Shown here piece by piece: positions 11,041 through 20,807 of a stretch of 64,000 bases of DNA. The translations under genes and the position numbers were made by a program. Origin of the DNA: Patescibacteria group bacterium (GTDB taxonomy: Bacteria; Patescibacteriota; Minisyncoccia; Phycocordibacterales; UBA9973); contig JBBTUY010000002.1 of the NCBI GenBank assembly GCA_038063515.1, positions 65,976-129,975 of the forward strand. The letters are read 5' to 3'. Below the pieces are notes generated by a model. It saw only the letters and a program-made list of their open reading frames with translations. It was not told the DNA's origin and did no database searches. The first letter of the stretch is position 1. Every line of letters starts with the position of its first letter.

Positions 11041-12124
11041 AAAACTCTTTTACTTTAGATATTATAAAATCAACTTGCTCATTAGTAAGGGCATTGTGTA
11101 CTGGGAGAGAGAGAAGTTTTAACCAAACTTTATCTGTTACAGGTAGAGGTCTTTTTACTGCTTTTTTCCAATATGTCATTTCAGAGAGAGGTTTGAAATG
11201 TACAGATGTAGCAATACCGTTATTAGCAAGAAATTCTCCTAATTCATCTCTGTTTTCACATTGCATTGTGTAGTATTGTACTGTGTGAGAAGGTGCGGGT
11301 GTTTTGATTTGAGGCATATCTTTAAATGCTATGTTGTACATCGATTCAATTTCACGTCTATGTGCATTTGTTTCTTCGAGTCTACGAAGCTGTCCGAGCC
11401 CTACTACGGCTTGCACGTCAGTCATGTAGGCTTTGATACCTTGTGCTTGAGTTATGTCATAATCCCAGGTGTATTTCTTTTGATCTACTCTGTCATATGT
11501 AGACTTCTCGACACCAAGCCATGTTAGAGTGCGTAGTCTTTTATAAATAGCCTCATCGTTTGTAGTGATGGCCCCACCGTCCCACATCGGTAAAGATTTT
11601 ACCGCTTGAAAGCTCCAAATTGTAATATCTGCATGTTCACCAGCGCTAGGGGTATACATTGCATGTGCTGCGTCTTCTATAACTAGTACATCTTTGCGAC
11701 CCAGTTCTTTTAACTTATCTTTTATTGCTAAAATGTCTGTAAGTCTGCCATGTGAATCCACAGTAATTATCGCTTTTGTTTCCGGGGTAATTACTATAGA
11801 TTTTGGGTCGAGACATAAAGTCTCAGGATCAATATCAGCAAAAGTAACATCCATGCCATTCCATTCACCGACAATAGCGTCAGAAACAAAAGTCATCGGA
11901 GTGGTAATTAATTCTCCACCATGAATATTATAAACTTTTAAACATAGATCAAGAGCTGAGGTTCCAGAGTTCATACCTACGCAGTATTTTGCACCTACAT
12001 ACTTAGCAAATTTCTCTTCAAATTCTTGGGTTTTAGGACCAAATCCCCACCATCCGGAATCGAGGACTTCTAAAAGTTCTTTTTTAGTTTGCTCATCAAT
12101 TGTGGGACGTAATACTGGTATCAT
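11030..12124 (-). CDS. DegT/DnrJ/EryC1/StrS-family PLP-dependent sugar aminotransferase
   Basis: N-terminus PVLRPTIDEQTKKELLEVLDSGWWGFGPKTQEFEEKFAKYVGAKYCVGMNSGTSAL. Conserved SFQAVK lysine region. Confidence 0.85.
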   Translation of the reverse strand: MIPVLRPTIDEQTKKELLEVLDSGWWGFGPKTQEFEEKFAKYVGAKYCVGMNSGTSALDLCLKVYNIHGGELITTPMTFVSDAIVGEWNGMDVTFADIDPETLCLDPKSIVITPETKAIITVDSHGRLTDILAIKDKLKELGRKDVLVIEDAAHAMYTPSAGEHADITIWSFQAVKSLPMWDGGAITTNDEAIYKRLRTLTWLGVEKSTYDRVDQKKYTWDYDITQAQGIKAYMTDVQAVVGLGQLRRLEETNAHRREIESMYNIAFKDMPQIKTPAPSHTVQYYTMQCENRDELGEFLANNGIATSVHFKPLSEMTYWKKAVKRPLPVTDKVWLKLLSLPVHNALTNEQVDFIISKVKEFYGK

Positions 12125-12133
12125 GCCATCATT

Positions 12134-12835
12134 CTACCATAACCCTAACCAATACAACAGTGTTTTTTTATATTTTTTAGCCATGTAATAATGCTCTTTT
12201 TTCTTAGCATATTTTGACAAAATATTCGTAACCTGATATTTACTAGTACCAATAATTACATTTATTTCATTTAATATTTGAGGTTCTCCGTATTTGTCGT
12301 ACATTCTTTTATAATAGTCACAGTCTAAGAGCCACGTCATGTTTTCGTCAAATAGAATTAAGTCCTCATTTTTTATGGCTAATACAGAAGGGGAACCAAT
12401 AGTATTTTTACCTCGATAAATTTTATTATTATATTTCGGATAGTGTGGGTCGTACCTTTTATTACCATCATCATGCTCACAGCCGGTGACCAGCCAGTAG
12501 CCATTGAAAGTTTCCGCTATTTGCTTCAATGAATTTTCATTAGCTAAATAGTCATCCATGTATAATATTTTTATAATTTCACCTTTAGTATTTTTTATGG
12601 CGCTGTTTGTATTTTGCGCCATACCTTTTATAGGATTTTTAAAGTAATTTATAGAAAGAGAATAGTATTCTGTATCTTCACAAAGATTTTTTATTTCATC
12701 ATCGTCTGAATTGTCAGAAACAACTACTTCAAAATCTTTAAAATTTTGAATCTTTAAAATATCCAGACTTCTTTTCAAGACGTCTTTTCCTTTACCTCCC
12801 ATTTCGTATGTTGGGATACAGACACTTAATTTCAT
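12134..12835 (-). CDS. GT2-family glycosyltransferase
   Basis: Motif LSVCIPTYEMGGKGKDVLKRSLDILKIQNFKDFEVVVSDNSDDD. Confidence 0.7.
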   Translation of the reverse strand: MKLSVCIPTYEMGGKGKDVLKRSLDILKIQNFKDFEVVVSDNSDDDEIKNLCEDTEYYSLSINYFKNPIKGMAQNTNSAIKNTKGEIIKILYMDDYLANENSLKQIAETFNGYWLVTGCEHDDGNKRYDPHYPKYNNKIYRGKNTIGSPSVLAIKNEDLILFDENMTWLLDCDYYKRMYDKYGEPQILNEINVIIGTSKYQVTNILSKYAKKKEHYYMAKKYKKTLLYWLGLW

Positions 12836-12921
12836 ATTAATACTATAGCAGATTTATATGCAGAAGGTGGCCTAAGTTTTTCCACATCAATATTTAGTTT
12901 TGTGTGTTATAATGGACTGAT

Positions 12922-13896
12922 ATGAATAAAAGAGTGTTAATAACAGGGGCAGCAGGGTTTGTAGGATCTCATGTTGTGCAATATTTCCTCGAGAATACAT
13001 CTTTTGATGTTGTTTGTTTAGTGCGATTAAACAAGAAGGGGGACTTAAAGAATTTAAAGGATCATGTAGACAATCCTCGATGTTTTTTTGTATACCACGA
13101 TTTGAAGTTTGATTTAAATGAATCGGTCAGGGACTACATAGGACATGTTGATTACATTTTGCATCTAGCAGCCAATAGTCACGTGGATCGAAGTATTCTT
13201 CACCCAAAAGAGTTTTTTGAAGATAACTTGACTGGTACAGTAAACATACTAGAGTTTCTTCGCCTTCACATGCCGGAAGCAAGATTTATAAATTTTTCAA
13301 CTGATGAAGTTTATGGTGCTGCACCTGAAGGATATAAATACAAAGAGGAAGATAGATTTAGACCTAGTAATCCATATTCAGCAAGTAAAGCGTGCCAAAG
13401 TATGGCAAGCTTTTCTTATTTTAATACCTACAGCTTAGATATAATTAACACTTATACTATGAACATCTTTGGGCCGAACCAGAACTCTGAAAAGCTGATA
13501 CCAAAAGCTATTAAGTATGCCATAGAGAGGAAACCTATGCCTGTTTTTGCAGAATTAAGTGGAAACACATTACTAAGTGTGGGTAGTAGACACTGGCTTG
13601 ATGTAAGAAATGTCGGGGAGTCCCTTTTGTTTTTACTGGAAAATGGTGTTAAGGGGGAGTCCTACAATATAGTTGGCACAGATGAATTTACTAATGAAGA
13701 AATAGTTCTCAAAATAAATCTTCTATTAAACACAGAGCCAATGATAGAGTATGTAGATCTTCATAAAACAAGGCCTGGGCATGATCGCCGTTATGCTATT
13801 GATGGGGCGAAGCTTTCTAAGCTAGGTTGGGAACCAAAGATAACTTTTGAAGAGGGGATAAAAAATATAATAGATATTTTACGTGCAAAAAAGTAG
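12922..13896 (+). CDS. NAD-dependent dTDP-glucose 4,6-dehydratase-like enzyme (RmlB family)
   Basis: N-terminus VLITGAAGFVGSHVVQYF. STDEVYG and YSASKA motifs typical of RmlB-type extended short-chain dehydrogenases (SDRs). Confidence 0.7.
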   Translation: MNKRVLITGAAGFVGSHVVQYFLENTSFDVVCLVRLNKKGDLKNLKDHVDNPRCFFVYHDLKFDLNESVRDYIGHVDYILHLAANSHVDRSILHPKEFFEDNLTGTVNILEFLRLHMPEARFINFSTDEVYGAAPEGYKYKEEDRFRPSNPYSASKACQSMASFSYFNTYSLDIINTYTMNIFGPNQNSEKLIPKAIKYAIERKPMPVFAELSGNTLLSVGSRHWLDVRNVGESLLFLLENGVKGESYNIVGTDEFTNEEIVLKINLLLNTEPMIEYVDLHKTRPGHDRRYAIDGAKLSKLGWEPKITFEEGIKNIIDILRAKK

Positions 13897-13920
13897 AGTC
13901 TTATTCTTGTTTTAGTTTTT

Positions 13921-14850
13921 TTATATTACTTTTATTCTAATTTTATGGGATTTATCTTTCGATACGTCTTTTGCTACTCTTGTCAGATATTTGCCATAAG
14001 ATGAGTTGCCATAAAATTTTGCCCTTTTTAATAATTGAGCGTGGGTGATCCATTTATTCATGTAGGCTATCTCTTCTAAGGCTGCTATTTTTGTATTTTG
14101 CTGTTCTTCTACTGTTTTTACAAAGCTATTTGCATTCATGAGTGAATCAACTGTACCTGTATCAAACCAAGCAAATCCACGTCCAAACAATTTTACATTG
14201 AGATCACCTTTTTTAAGGTACATATCGTTTATGTCTGTAATTTCTAGTTCACCCCTCTCACTTGGTTTTACCTTTTTTGCAAAATCTACTACTCTGTTGT
14301 CATAAAAATATAAACCAGTGATTGCATAGTTGGATTTTGGTTTTTTCGGTTTTTCTTCAACAGAAGTTGCTTTACCTTTTTTATTAAAACCAACTATACC
14401 AAATCTTTCAGGATCTTTTACATAGTAGCCAAACACCGTAGCTTTATTTTTCTGCTGTACAGCTTGTTCTAATACGAGACTTAAACTATTTCCATAAAAG
14501 ATATTGTCTCCTAAAATGAGAGCTACAGAACTTTGACCTATAAATTCTTCAGCTATGAGAAATGCCTGAGCGAGGCCTTCTGGTTTAGCTTGTTCTGCGT
14601 AGGATAATTTGATTCCAAAATCTTCACCGTTACCTAAAAGTTTCTTAAAATTCGGTAAATCATTAGGAGTAGATATAATTAAAATTTCTTTAATGCCTGC
14701 GAGCATAAGTATGGACAATGGATAAAAAATCATCGGCTTGTCATGCACAGGCAAGAGGTGCTTGCTCGTAGCGAGCGTCAGGGGATACAGCCTTGTGCCG
14801 TTTCCGCCCGCTAGTATTATGCCTTTAGTTTTAGTCTTTATTGAGGTCAT
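13921..14850 (-). CDS. rmlA: Glucose-1-phosphate thymidylyltransferase
   Basis: N-terminus [53 protein letters not shown] is the RmlA signature. Confidence 0.9.
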   Translation of the reverse strand: MTSIKTKTKGIILAGGNGTRLYPLTLATSKHLLPVHDKPMIFYPLSILMLAGIKEILIISTPNDLPNFKKLLGNGEDFGIKLSYAEQAKPEGLAQAFLIAEEFIGQSSVALILGDNIFYGNSLSLVLEQAVQQKNKATVFGYYVKDPERFGIVGFNKKGKATSVEEKPKKPKSNYAITGLYFYDNRVVDFAKKVKPSERGELEITDINDMYLKKGDLNVKLFGRGFAWFDTGTVDSLMNANSFVKTVEEQQNTKIAALEEIAYMNKWITHAQLLKRAKFYGNSSYGKYLTRVAKDVSKDKSHKIRIKVI

Positions 14851-15062
14851 TGCGTTTATTTATTATAACATAGATTTATATAAAATGGAATTTTTTTTAT
14901 TAAAATTAAAGGTTAAGTATTAATATGTTTAATGGAGAGGTGATATTTTCACCCTTCCATTGTATATTATTAAATAAAGGTAGTTAAATAGTTTTGTAGA
15001 CGTTGGACGTCTACAACTTAAACTTGCCTTTGATCACAAAAGAAATTTTGGATTTTCCATAT

Positions 15063-16331
15063 TTATTTAAACTGATATCCTATCACTGTGTCACAGACAC
15101 TAACATCTGGGTACTTTTTAAAATCATATTTTTCTAGATTTGTTTCAACTTCAAATTGTCCTAATCCTCTCACATAGTTCACACTTGTTCCTCCTATTAA
15201 GAAATCTACATCTAATACATAGCTTCCTTCTCCTAAGTTCATGCTTTCAGTTTCACATAGTATTTTTCCTTTTGTCGGCATGTTTTCGGATATCGTCTGA
15301 TTTGGTATGTCGCTATCTAGCCTTAAGACTATTTGTTGTGATCTTTTATTTAATATAGAAATAACAACTCTAACTTCTTTTATTTCTTCTACGAGGTCAC
15401 TTTCATAATCAAGCTCTATTTTTAATTTATCACCACTTTCAAAATTTGAATTACCTTCGTCGTTTGAGATTTTTATATGAGTAAATCTTACCCCACTCTT
15501 TCCTAGGACAGCGTCGAGGGGTATTTCTTGTGCGTTTTCTTTTGTATTTGTTTTGTCATTTAGATAAAAATCTACAACCTCGTCAGTATTTCCCACCATC
15601 TTTACATTACCTTTAGAAAGTAGAATTGACCTTGTGCACAGCTGTTTAATTGTGGACATATTGTGACTAACAAAGAGTATGGTCCTGCCTTCTTTTTTTG
15701 TTATGTCTTCCATTTTCCCTAAACATTTTTTCTGGAATTCGCTGTCGCCGACAGCCAAGACTTCATCTATGATTAAGATGTCTGGTTCCATGTGTGCTGC
15801 GACAGAGAAGGCAAGTCGTACATACATACCACTAGAATAATATTTCACAGGTGTGTCGAGAAACTTTTCAATATTTGCAAATTCTACAATTTCATCAAAC
15901 TTATTTATTATTTCTTTTTTCTTCATTCCAAGAATGGCACCATTTAAAAATATATTTTCTCGTCCAGTGAGCTCCGGGTGAAATCCAGTACCTACTTCGA
16001 GAAGACTTCCTACCTTACCATTTATTTTTATTTCTCCTGTTGTCGGGGGAGTTATTTGTGACAGTATCTTTAGCAGTGTAGACTTACCTGCTCCATTGCG
16101 TCCTATGATGCCGACGACTTCTCCTCTCCGTACCTCAAAGTCGACATTTTTTAATGCCCAGAATTCTTCTTTTTTATCGATACCAATAATCTCCCTCGTT
16201 TTATTTTTTAGAAAATTAAATGGGTTTTTAAAAACATTCGCTAATACATCACGGAGTGCAACATACCCACCCCTTTGATGGTTGATGTTATATTTTTTTC
16301 CTATATTTTTTACTTCTATTATTGTTTCCAT
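15063..16331 (-). CDS. wzt: Polysaccharide ABC exporter ATP-binding protein (Wzt/TagH type) with C-terminal carbohydrate-binding extension
   Basis: Walker A motif GRNGAGKST, ABC signature, Walker B motif ILIIDE. About 170-aa C-terminal extension beyond the nucleotide-binding domain (NBD), as in Wzt. Confidence 0.85.
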   Translation of the reverse strand: METIIEVKNIGKKYNINHQRGGYVALRDVLANVFKNPFNFLKNKTREIIGIDKKEEFWALKNVDFEVRRGEVVGIIGRNGAGKSTLLKILSQITPPTTGEIKINGKVGSLLEVGTGFHPELTGRENIFLNGAILGMKKKEIINKFDEIVEFANIEKFLDTPVKYYSSGMYVRLAFSVAAHMEPDILIIDEVLAVGDSEFQKKCLGKMEDITKKEGRTILFVSHNMSTIKQLCTRSILLSKGNVKMVGNTDEVVDFYLNDKTNTKENAQEIPLDAVLGKSGVRFTHIKISNDEGNSNFESGDKLKIELDYESDLVEEIKEVRVVISILNKRSQQIVLRLDSDIPNQTISENMPTKGKILCETESMNLGEGSYVLDVDFLIGGTSVNYVRGLGQFEVETNLEKYDFKKYPDVSVCDTVIGYQFK

Positions 16332-16335
16332 TTTT

Positions 16336-17160
16336 TTAAATTATGTCTGCGAAGTACCTTTCAGTTTTCTTAAATGTATAAATACCAATTGCGAGCAAGG
16401 TCGCAGTAGCAAAAAGGGAAATGCTGACAAGGGTCCAGTTTAAAACCGTAGTGCCGAGGAGCGCTGCTCGGGCACTCTGGATGACTCCCATCATAGGGTT
16501 CAATGCTAATATCCAAGAATATTTACCTAATATCCCAGCTGGGTAAATGACTGGTGTAATAAATAACAAAATTTGTATGAAGAATGGCAAGATGTATCGT
16601 ACATCTCTGTACTTTACATTAATAGATGCTAAGAAAAGTCCAAGACCTACTGATGCCATGAATGTTATTATTAATAAAAGTGGTAGAACTAATACACCAA
16701 TTAGATTTGGCGTATATCCATAGTAAATCATCATACCCACAAGTATGACTCCCGCTACTGCAAAGTCTATAAATTTAGTCGCTACTGTTGAAAGAGGTAA
16801 GAGGAGTCGTGGGAAATATACTTTGGTTATTATGGCTTGGTTGGTTATGAGAACATTACTTGTATCCGAAAGTGCTGTAGAGAAAAACTGCCAGAAAAGT
16901 AATCCAGTGTAAACAAATATCGGATAAGGTACGCCGTTAGAAGGTACTTTAAGTAGGGCGCCAAAGAATAAAGAAAATACCACCATTGTTATGAATGGTT
17001 GAAATATCGCCCAAGATACTCCTACAAAAGTTTGCTTGTAACGTACTTTCAAATCTCTCCATGTAAAGAAATATAAAAGTTCTCTATAATCCCAAACCTC
17101 CTTGAGGTCTGTAAAACTAAAAAGTTTTTTTGGTTTTATTGTTGTTGTGGGCGTGTTCAT
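16336..17160 (-). CDS. wzm: ABC-2 type polysaccharide exporter permease (Wzm)
   Basis: Six TM helices and ABC-2 family length. Lies immediately upstream of wzt. Confidence 0.8.
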   Translation of the reverse strand: MNTPTTTIKPKKLFSFTDLKEVWDYRELLYFFTWRDLKVRYKQTFVGVSWAIFQPFITMVVFSLFFGALLKVPSNGVPYPIFVYTGLLFWQFFSTALSDTSNVLITNQAIITKVYFPRLLLPLSTVATKFIDFAVAGVILVGMMIYYGYTPNLIGVLVLPLLLIITFMASVGLGLFLASINVKYRDVRYILPFFIQILLFITPVIYPAGILGKYSWILALNPMMGVIQSARAALLGTTVLNWTLVSISLFATATLLAIGIYTFKKTERYFADII

Positions 17161-17163
17161 ATA

Positions 17164-18480
17164 TTAGTATGTGAAAAATTTTGCGACAGTTTTTAAAATA
17201 ATTAAAAAATCAAAAAATATATTTCTATTTTTAATATAATAAAAATCATATTTCAATTTTTCTTTAGTGTCATCTACTGATGATCCATATTTATAATTTA
17301 CTTGCGCCCACCCTGTGAGTCCGGCTTGTATGGAATGTCTTAGATCATAATAGAGTATATCTTTTTTTAATAACTCGATGAATTCTGGTCTTTCGGGTCT
17401 AGGTCCAACAAAAGAAATTTCTCCTCTTAGGATATTTACAATTTGAGGTATTTCATCTAAGTGTGTTTGTCTTATTATCCTGCCTACTGGTGTTATTCTC
17501 GGATCTTCTTTGTTGTTTGGTGTCCAAACAGGTCCATTTTTCTCTGATTGACCGTCTTGTCCTATTGCGATCATGCTTCTGAATTTGTATAAGATGAACG
17601 CCTCACCATTTTTAGTTGTGCGTTTTTGTTTTATTAATACGGGACCTTTCGAAGTTAATTTTATTAAAATTGTAATAATAATAAAAAGAGGGGAGAAGAC
17701 TATTAGTAAAATAATAGATAAAACAATATCCACTGATCTTTTTATAAAATTAAATATTGTTTTGTTTTTACTTATATACTCTATGATTTCACTTTTTTCT
17801 ATTTTTTGAGTCGGGACTTTCTGGAAAACTTCCTCATAGAAATTGTTTATACTGTATATAGAAATATCTTTTTTTATAACTTTGTATACTTTCTCTAATT
17901 CAGTTAATTGGTTTATGTCTATTGCCACTACGTCTGGATTCATTTTTATAATTTCATCCAGATTAAAAATATTAGTTCGGTGGATTATTTCGTAATTAAT
18001 ATTTTGGTTTTGTAGCAGTTCATCAACTAATTCATTTTCGCCACTTATGACCACCACTTTCCTGTTGATTTTATTTTTTGTGAACAATCTTTTGATCATT
18101 ATCCTTAAATAAAAATCAATTATTCCAAATATTATTGTGAATAGTAGTAAATTTGTTTTAGGGGTTAATTGAAATACATTTCCAAATATATAAAACACTA
18201 AAACAGAAACAACAAAAGAAATTAGAAGGCTTTTTATAAAAGAATTGGTGAATTCAGTTGTGTTCTTGTTAAACCTAAAAGAATATAAGTTAAATATATA
18301 AAAAGTCAGGATAAATAGTATTATGACAAACGAGAAGGGTATTAAATGAACACTTAGTCTATCAGTAAAGTTGTCTGTACCATATCTAACTAGTATCATT
18401 AAACAAAGTGCAAATAAAGCCGCTCCAAGATCAGCAAGAAATAGAAAGAACATTTTGAATTGTATTAATAAATCCCTCAT
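17164..18480 (-). CDS. Polyprenyl-phosphate sugar phosphotransferase (WbaP / bacterial sugar transferase family), initiating enzyme
   Basis: N-terminal TM helices. C-terminal domain DIVLSIILLIVFSPLFIIITILIKLTSKGPVLIKQKRTTKNGEAFILYKFRSM is typical of PF02397. Confidence 0.85.
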   Translation of the reverse strand: MRDLLIQFKMFFLFLADLGAALFALCLMILVRYGTDNFTDRLSVHLIPFSFVIILFILTFYIFNLYSFRFNKNTTEFTNSFIKSLLISFVVSVLVFYIFGNVFQLTPKTNLLLFTIIFGIIDFYLRIMIKRLFTKNKINRKVVVISGENELVDELLQNQNINYEIIHRTNIFNLDEIIKMNPDVVAIDINQLTELEKVYKVIKKDISIYSINNFYEEVFQKVPTQKIEKSEIIEYISKNKTIFNFIKRSVDIVLSIILLIVFSPLFIIITILIKLTSKGPVLIKQKRTTKNGEAFILYKFRSMIAIGQDGQSEKNGPVWTPNNKEDPRITPVGRIIRQTHLDEIPQIVNILRGEISFVGPRPERPEFIELLKKDILYYDLRHSIQAGLTGWAQVNYKYGSSVDDTKEKLKYDFYYIKNRNIFFDFLIILKTVAKFFTY

Positions 18481-18612
18481 CTGCAGGTGTGTATTAGGTA
18501 ATACATGATGTTTGTATTATGTAGATAATGTAGCATAAAAAAGATATTTTTACAGTATATTTTATAATATATTTATCTTTACTATAAAAATACTTATTGT
18601 TACAATGTAATC

Positions 18613-18798
18613 GTGTTTGATTTTATTTTTAAAGTAATAGTCATGGTTCTCTGGCTACCTGTCTGGATATTAGTAGAAGGTCACGAGAGATTTGTGCGTT
18701 TATTAAAAAAACATGATATTCATTGGGACTTTTGGTATTCGTTACTAGCTATTCTTTGTGGTGTGCTTATTGTCATGCTTTTTGGTTCATATAATTAG
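18613..18798 (+). CDS. Small hydrophobic protein (61 aa)
   Basis: Two predicted TM helices. A second ~46-aa hydrophobic ORF follows at about 18804-18944. Both are uncertain. Confidence 0.3.
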   Translation: MFDFIFKVIVMVLWLPVWILVEGHERFVRLLKKHDIHWDFWYSLLAILCGVLIVMLFGSYN

Positions 18799-19033
18799 AT
18801 AATATGCTAACAAAACATTTCTTAAAAACTTTAATAGTATTTACTCTACTCATAGCTTTGGGACTTGGGGGGATATTCCTAGTTAGTTATTTTGATGAAA
18901 ATAGTACTGATGATACTCCTCAAAATACTAAAGTTGCCAAATAGTACATTTATGCTATAATATAAATGCCGCAGAGAAGATAGGTTTACCCGAAGAGTAA
19001 TCAAAGGGCATGTAAATCCTATTTAGTGGGTCG

Positions 19034-19055
19034 ACGGCGGTTTGCCGTTTTTTTA
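19034..19055 (+). promoter_or_regulatory. Terminator/attenuator hairpin in the rplJ leader
   Basis: ACGGC-GGTTT-GCCGT stem-loop followed by TTTTTTT, 15 nt upstream of the rplJ start. Position is consistent with L10-L12 autoregulatory leader attenuation. Confidence 0.4.
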
Positions 19056-19069
19056 ATTTAAAATAAAAA

Positions 19070-19558
19070 ATGTTACAAAAATCAAAAAAAGAAGAAATAA
19101 TAAAAGACCTTGAAAAAGCCATAGAAGGCTCCGAATCTCTAGTTTTTGTAAATTTTCATGGTTTAAAGGTTTCTGATGAGACAGCTCTACGAAGCGCTCT
19201 TAGAAATGAATCTGTAAATTACAAAGTTTCTAGAAAGACACTACTTCTTCGCGCCCTTAAAGGTAAAGCAGAAGGTGAAGTTCCAGAATTAGGAGGGGAG
19301 GTAGCTATTGCTTATTCTAAAGATCCTACAGCAAGTCCTCGCGAAGTTTACAATTTTCAAAAGACTCACAAAGGTTTGTTAAACATCCTAGGTGGAATCT
19401 TTAATGGAAAGTTTGTAGATGGCGTATACATGACTGAAATTGCAACAATACCAAGCAAGGAAGTATTACTTTCAAAATTGGCATTTTTATTCAAGAGTCC
19501 AATACAGCGTTTTGCTATAGCTCTTAATGAAGTAGCAAAAACTAAAACTTCTGCATAG
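19070..19558 (+). CDS. rplJ: 50S ribosomal protein L10
   Basis: Sequence similarity to L10 (KEEIIKDLEKAIEGSESLVFVNFHGLKVSDETALR). Confidence 0.9.
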   Translation: MLQKSKKEEIIKDLEKAIEGSESLVFVNFHGLKVSDETALRSALRNESVNYKVSRKTLLLRALKGKAEGEVPELGGEVAIAYSKDPTASPREVYNFQKTHKGLLNILGGIFNGKFVDGVYMTEIATIPSKEVLLSKLAFLFKSPIQRFAIALNEVAKTKTSA

Positions 19559-19597
19559 TAGAAGTTCGTTCAATTATAAAATTAATAAATATACATT

Positions 19598-19966
19598 ATG
19601 AATAAAGACACACTATTAGAATGGTTAGACAAAGCAACAACTCTTGAATTAAATGAGGTTGTGAAGGCTATAGAAGAGAAATTCGGAGTATCTGCAGCAG
19701 CTGTGGCTGTAGCAGGAGGCGCAGGCGCTGGTGCAGCTCCTGCTGCTGAAGAGCAGAGTACATTTACAGTGGTACTTTCATCTGCAGGTGATCAGAAGAT
19801 CGCTGTGATGAAGGTTGTAAAGGAAGCCCTAGGACTTGGTCTTAAGGATGCTAAGGACTTAGTAGATGCTGCTCCTTCTACTCTTAAAGAAGGCATGAAG
19901 AAAGAAGAAGCTAATGACCTTAAGAAAAAGATTGAAGAGGCAGGTGGTAAAGTCGAGCTTAAATAG
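19598..19966 (+). CDS. rplL: 50S ribosomal protein L7/L12
   Basis: Ala/Gly-rich hinge and conserved C-terminal domain [22 protein letters not shown]...[10 protein letters not shown]. Confidence 0.9.
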   Translation: MNKDTLLEWLDKATTLELNEVVKAIEEKFGVSAAAVAVAGGAGAGAAPAAEEQSTFTVVLSSAGDQKIAVMKVVKEALGLGLKDAKDLVDAAPSTLKEGMKKEEANDLKKKIEEAGGKVELK

Positions 19967-20025
19967 CGAGATACTGAGCTTGTCGAATATAGTAAGCTAA
20001 AGTAATTTAGCTTACTATATGTAAA

Positions 20026-20062
20026 AAGGCTGTACCTAAAAAGTACAGCCTTTTTGTTTTCC
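20026..20062 (+). terminator. Rho-independent terminator after rplL
   Basis: ggctgtacc-taaaaag-gtacagcc hairpin followed by TTTTTGTTTT. A second hairpin (cctgc ttgc gcagg) follows. Confidence 0.65.
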
Positions 20063-20114
20063 CTGCTTGCGCAGGCAGGTTGATTTTTTTTAAAAAGGCT
20101 TTACAATTACATGC

Positions 20115-20708
20115 ATGGAAATTCTAGGTAAAATATTAGGCACAGAAGCTCGAGTGAAGATCATGAGGTTATTCCTCCTTAACAAGGGTAGAGGTTTTAC
20201 TACTAAGGATGTTGTAAATAGAAGTAGGGTATCGTCTCTTATGGCAAACAGGGAGATGAGGCTTCTTGCTTCTATTGGGTTTATTAAAAAGCGTACTTCA
20301 GACTGGGCTTTTAACTATGCTTTTAAATACACAAATGAATTTGAAGATTTGCTCGTTCGGTCTGATACGTTAAATAAACAAATGATTTTAGATCATTTTA
20401 AAAAAGTCGGGTCTATTAAGCTCCTCATTACTTCAGGTATTTTTATAAAAAATGAGGATAGTAGGGTAGATCTCCTTATAGTCGGAGATAAGATAAAGTC
20501 TAATAAGATCGAAGACGGTGTCAAAAGACTCGAAGCTCTAATAGGTACAGAGCTTACTTATGCTGTTTTTGATAAGGATGAATTCGTCTATAGGTTTAAT
20601 ATGTACGACAAGCTTGTGCGGGATATTATTGATTTTCCTCATGAGGTTGTTTTTCAATCTAAAGAGTTATCCACACAGGTATTAAAAAAAGTACAAAAGT
20701 TGGTATAA
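20115..20708 (+). CDS. Hypothetical protein (197 aa), possibly winged-helix DNA-binding at the N-terminus
   Basis: ORF with reasonable codon usage. Basic N-terminal region. No firm family assignment. Confidence 0.45.
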   Translation: MEILGKILGTEARVKIMRLFLLNKGRGFTTKDVVNRSRVSSLMANREMRLLASIGFIKKRTSDWAFNYAFKYTNEFEDLLVRSDTLNKQMILDHFKKVGSIKLLITSGIFIKNEDSRVDLLIVGDKIKSNKIEDGVKRLEALIGTELTYAVFDKDEFVYRFNMYDKLVRDIIDFPHEVVFQSKELSTQVLKKVQKLV

Positions 20709-20807
20709 TGTAATTATTGCTTTATAGGGTCGAAACCTAGACGTTTTATTATTAGTTAGTTGTTTTTCCGTCGTATTGACGGATATGCCGTATAGGCAAA
20801 ATTTATT

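Noticed and set aside
5613-17809. Small ORFs embedded in the glycan cluster: 5613-5828 (-), 6603-6794 (+), 9287-9478 (+), 9776-10021 (+), 11261-11527 (+), 11694-11924 (+), 14738-14923 (+), 15140-15358 (+), 16096-16278 (+), 17573-17809 (+)
   Set aside because: All overlap larger, well-supported glycan genes on the opposite strand.
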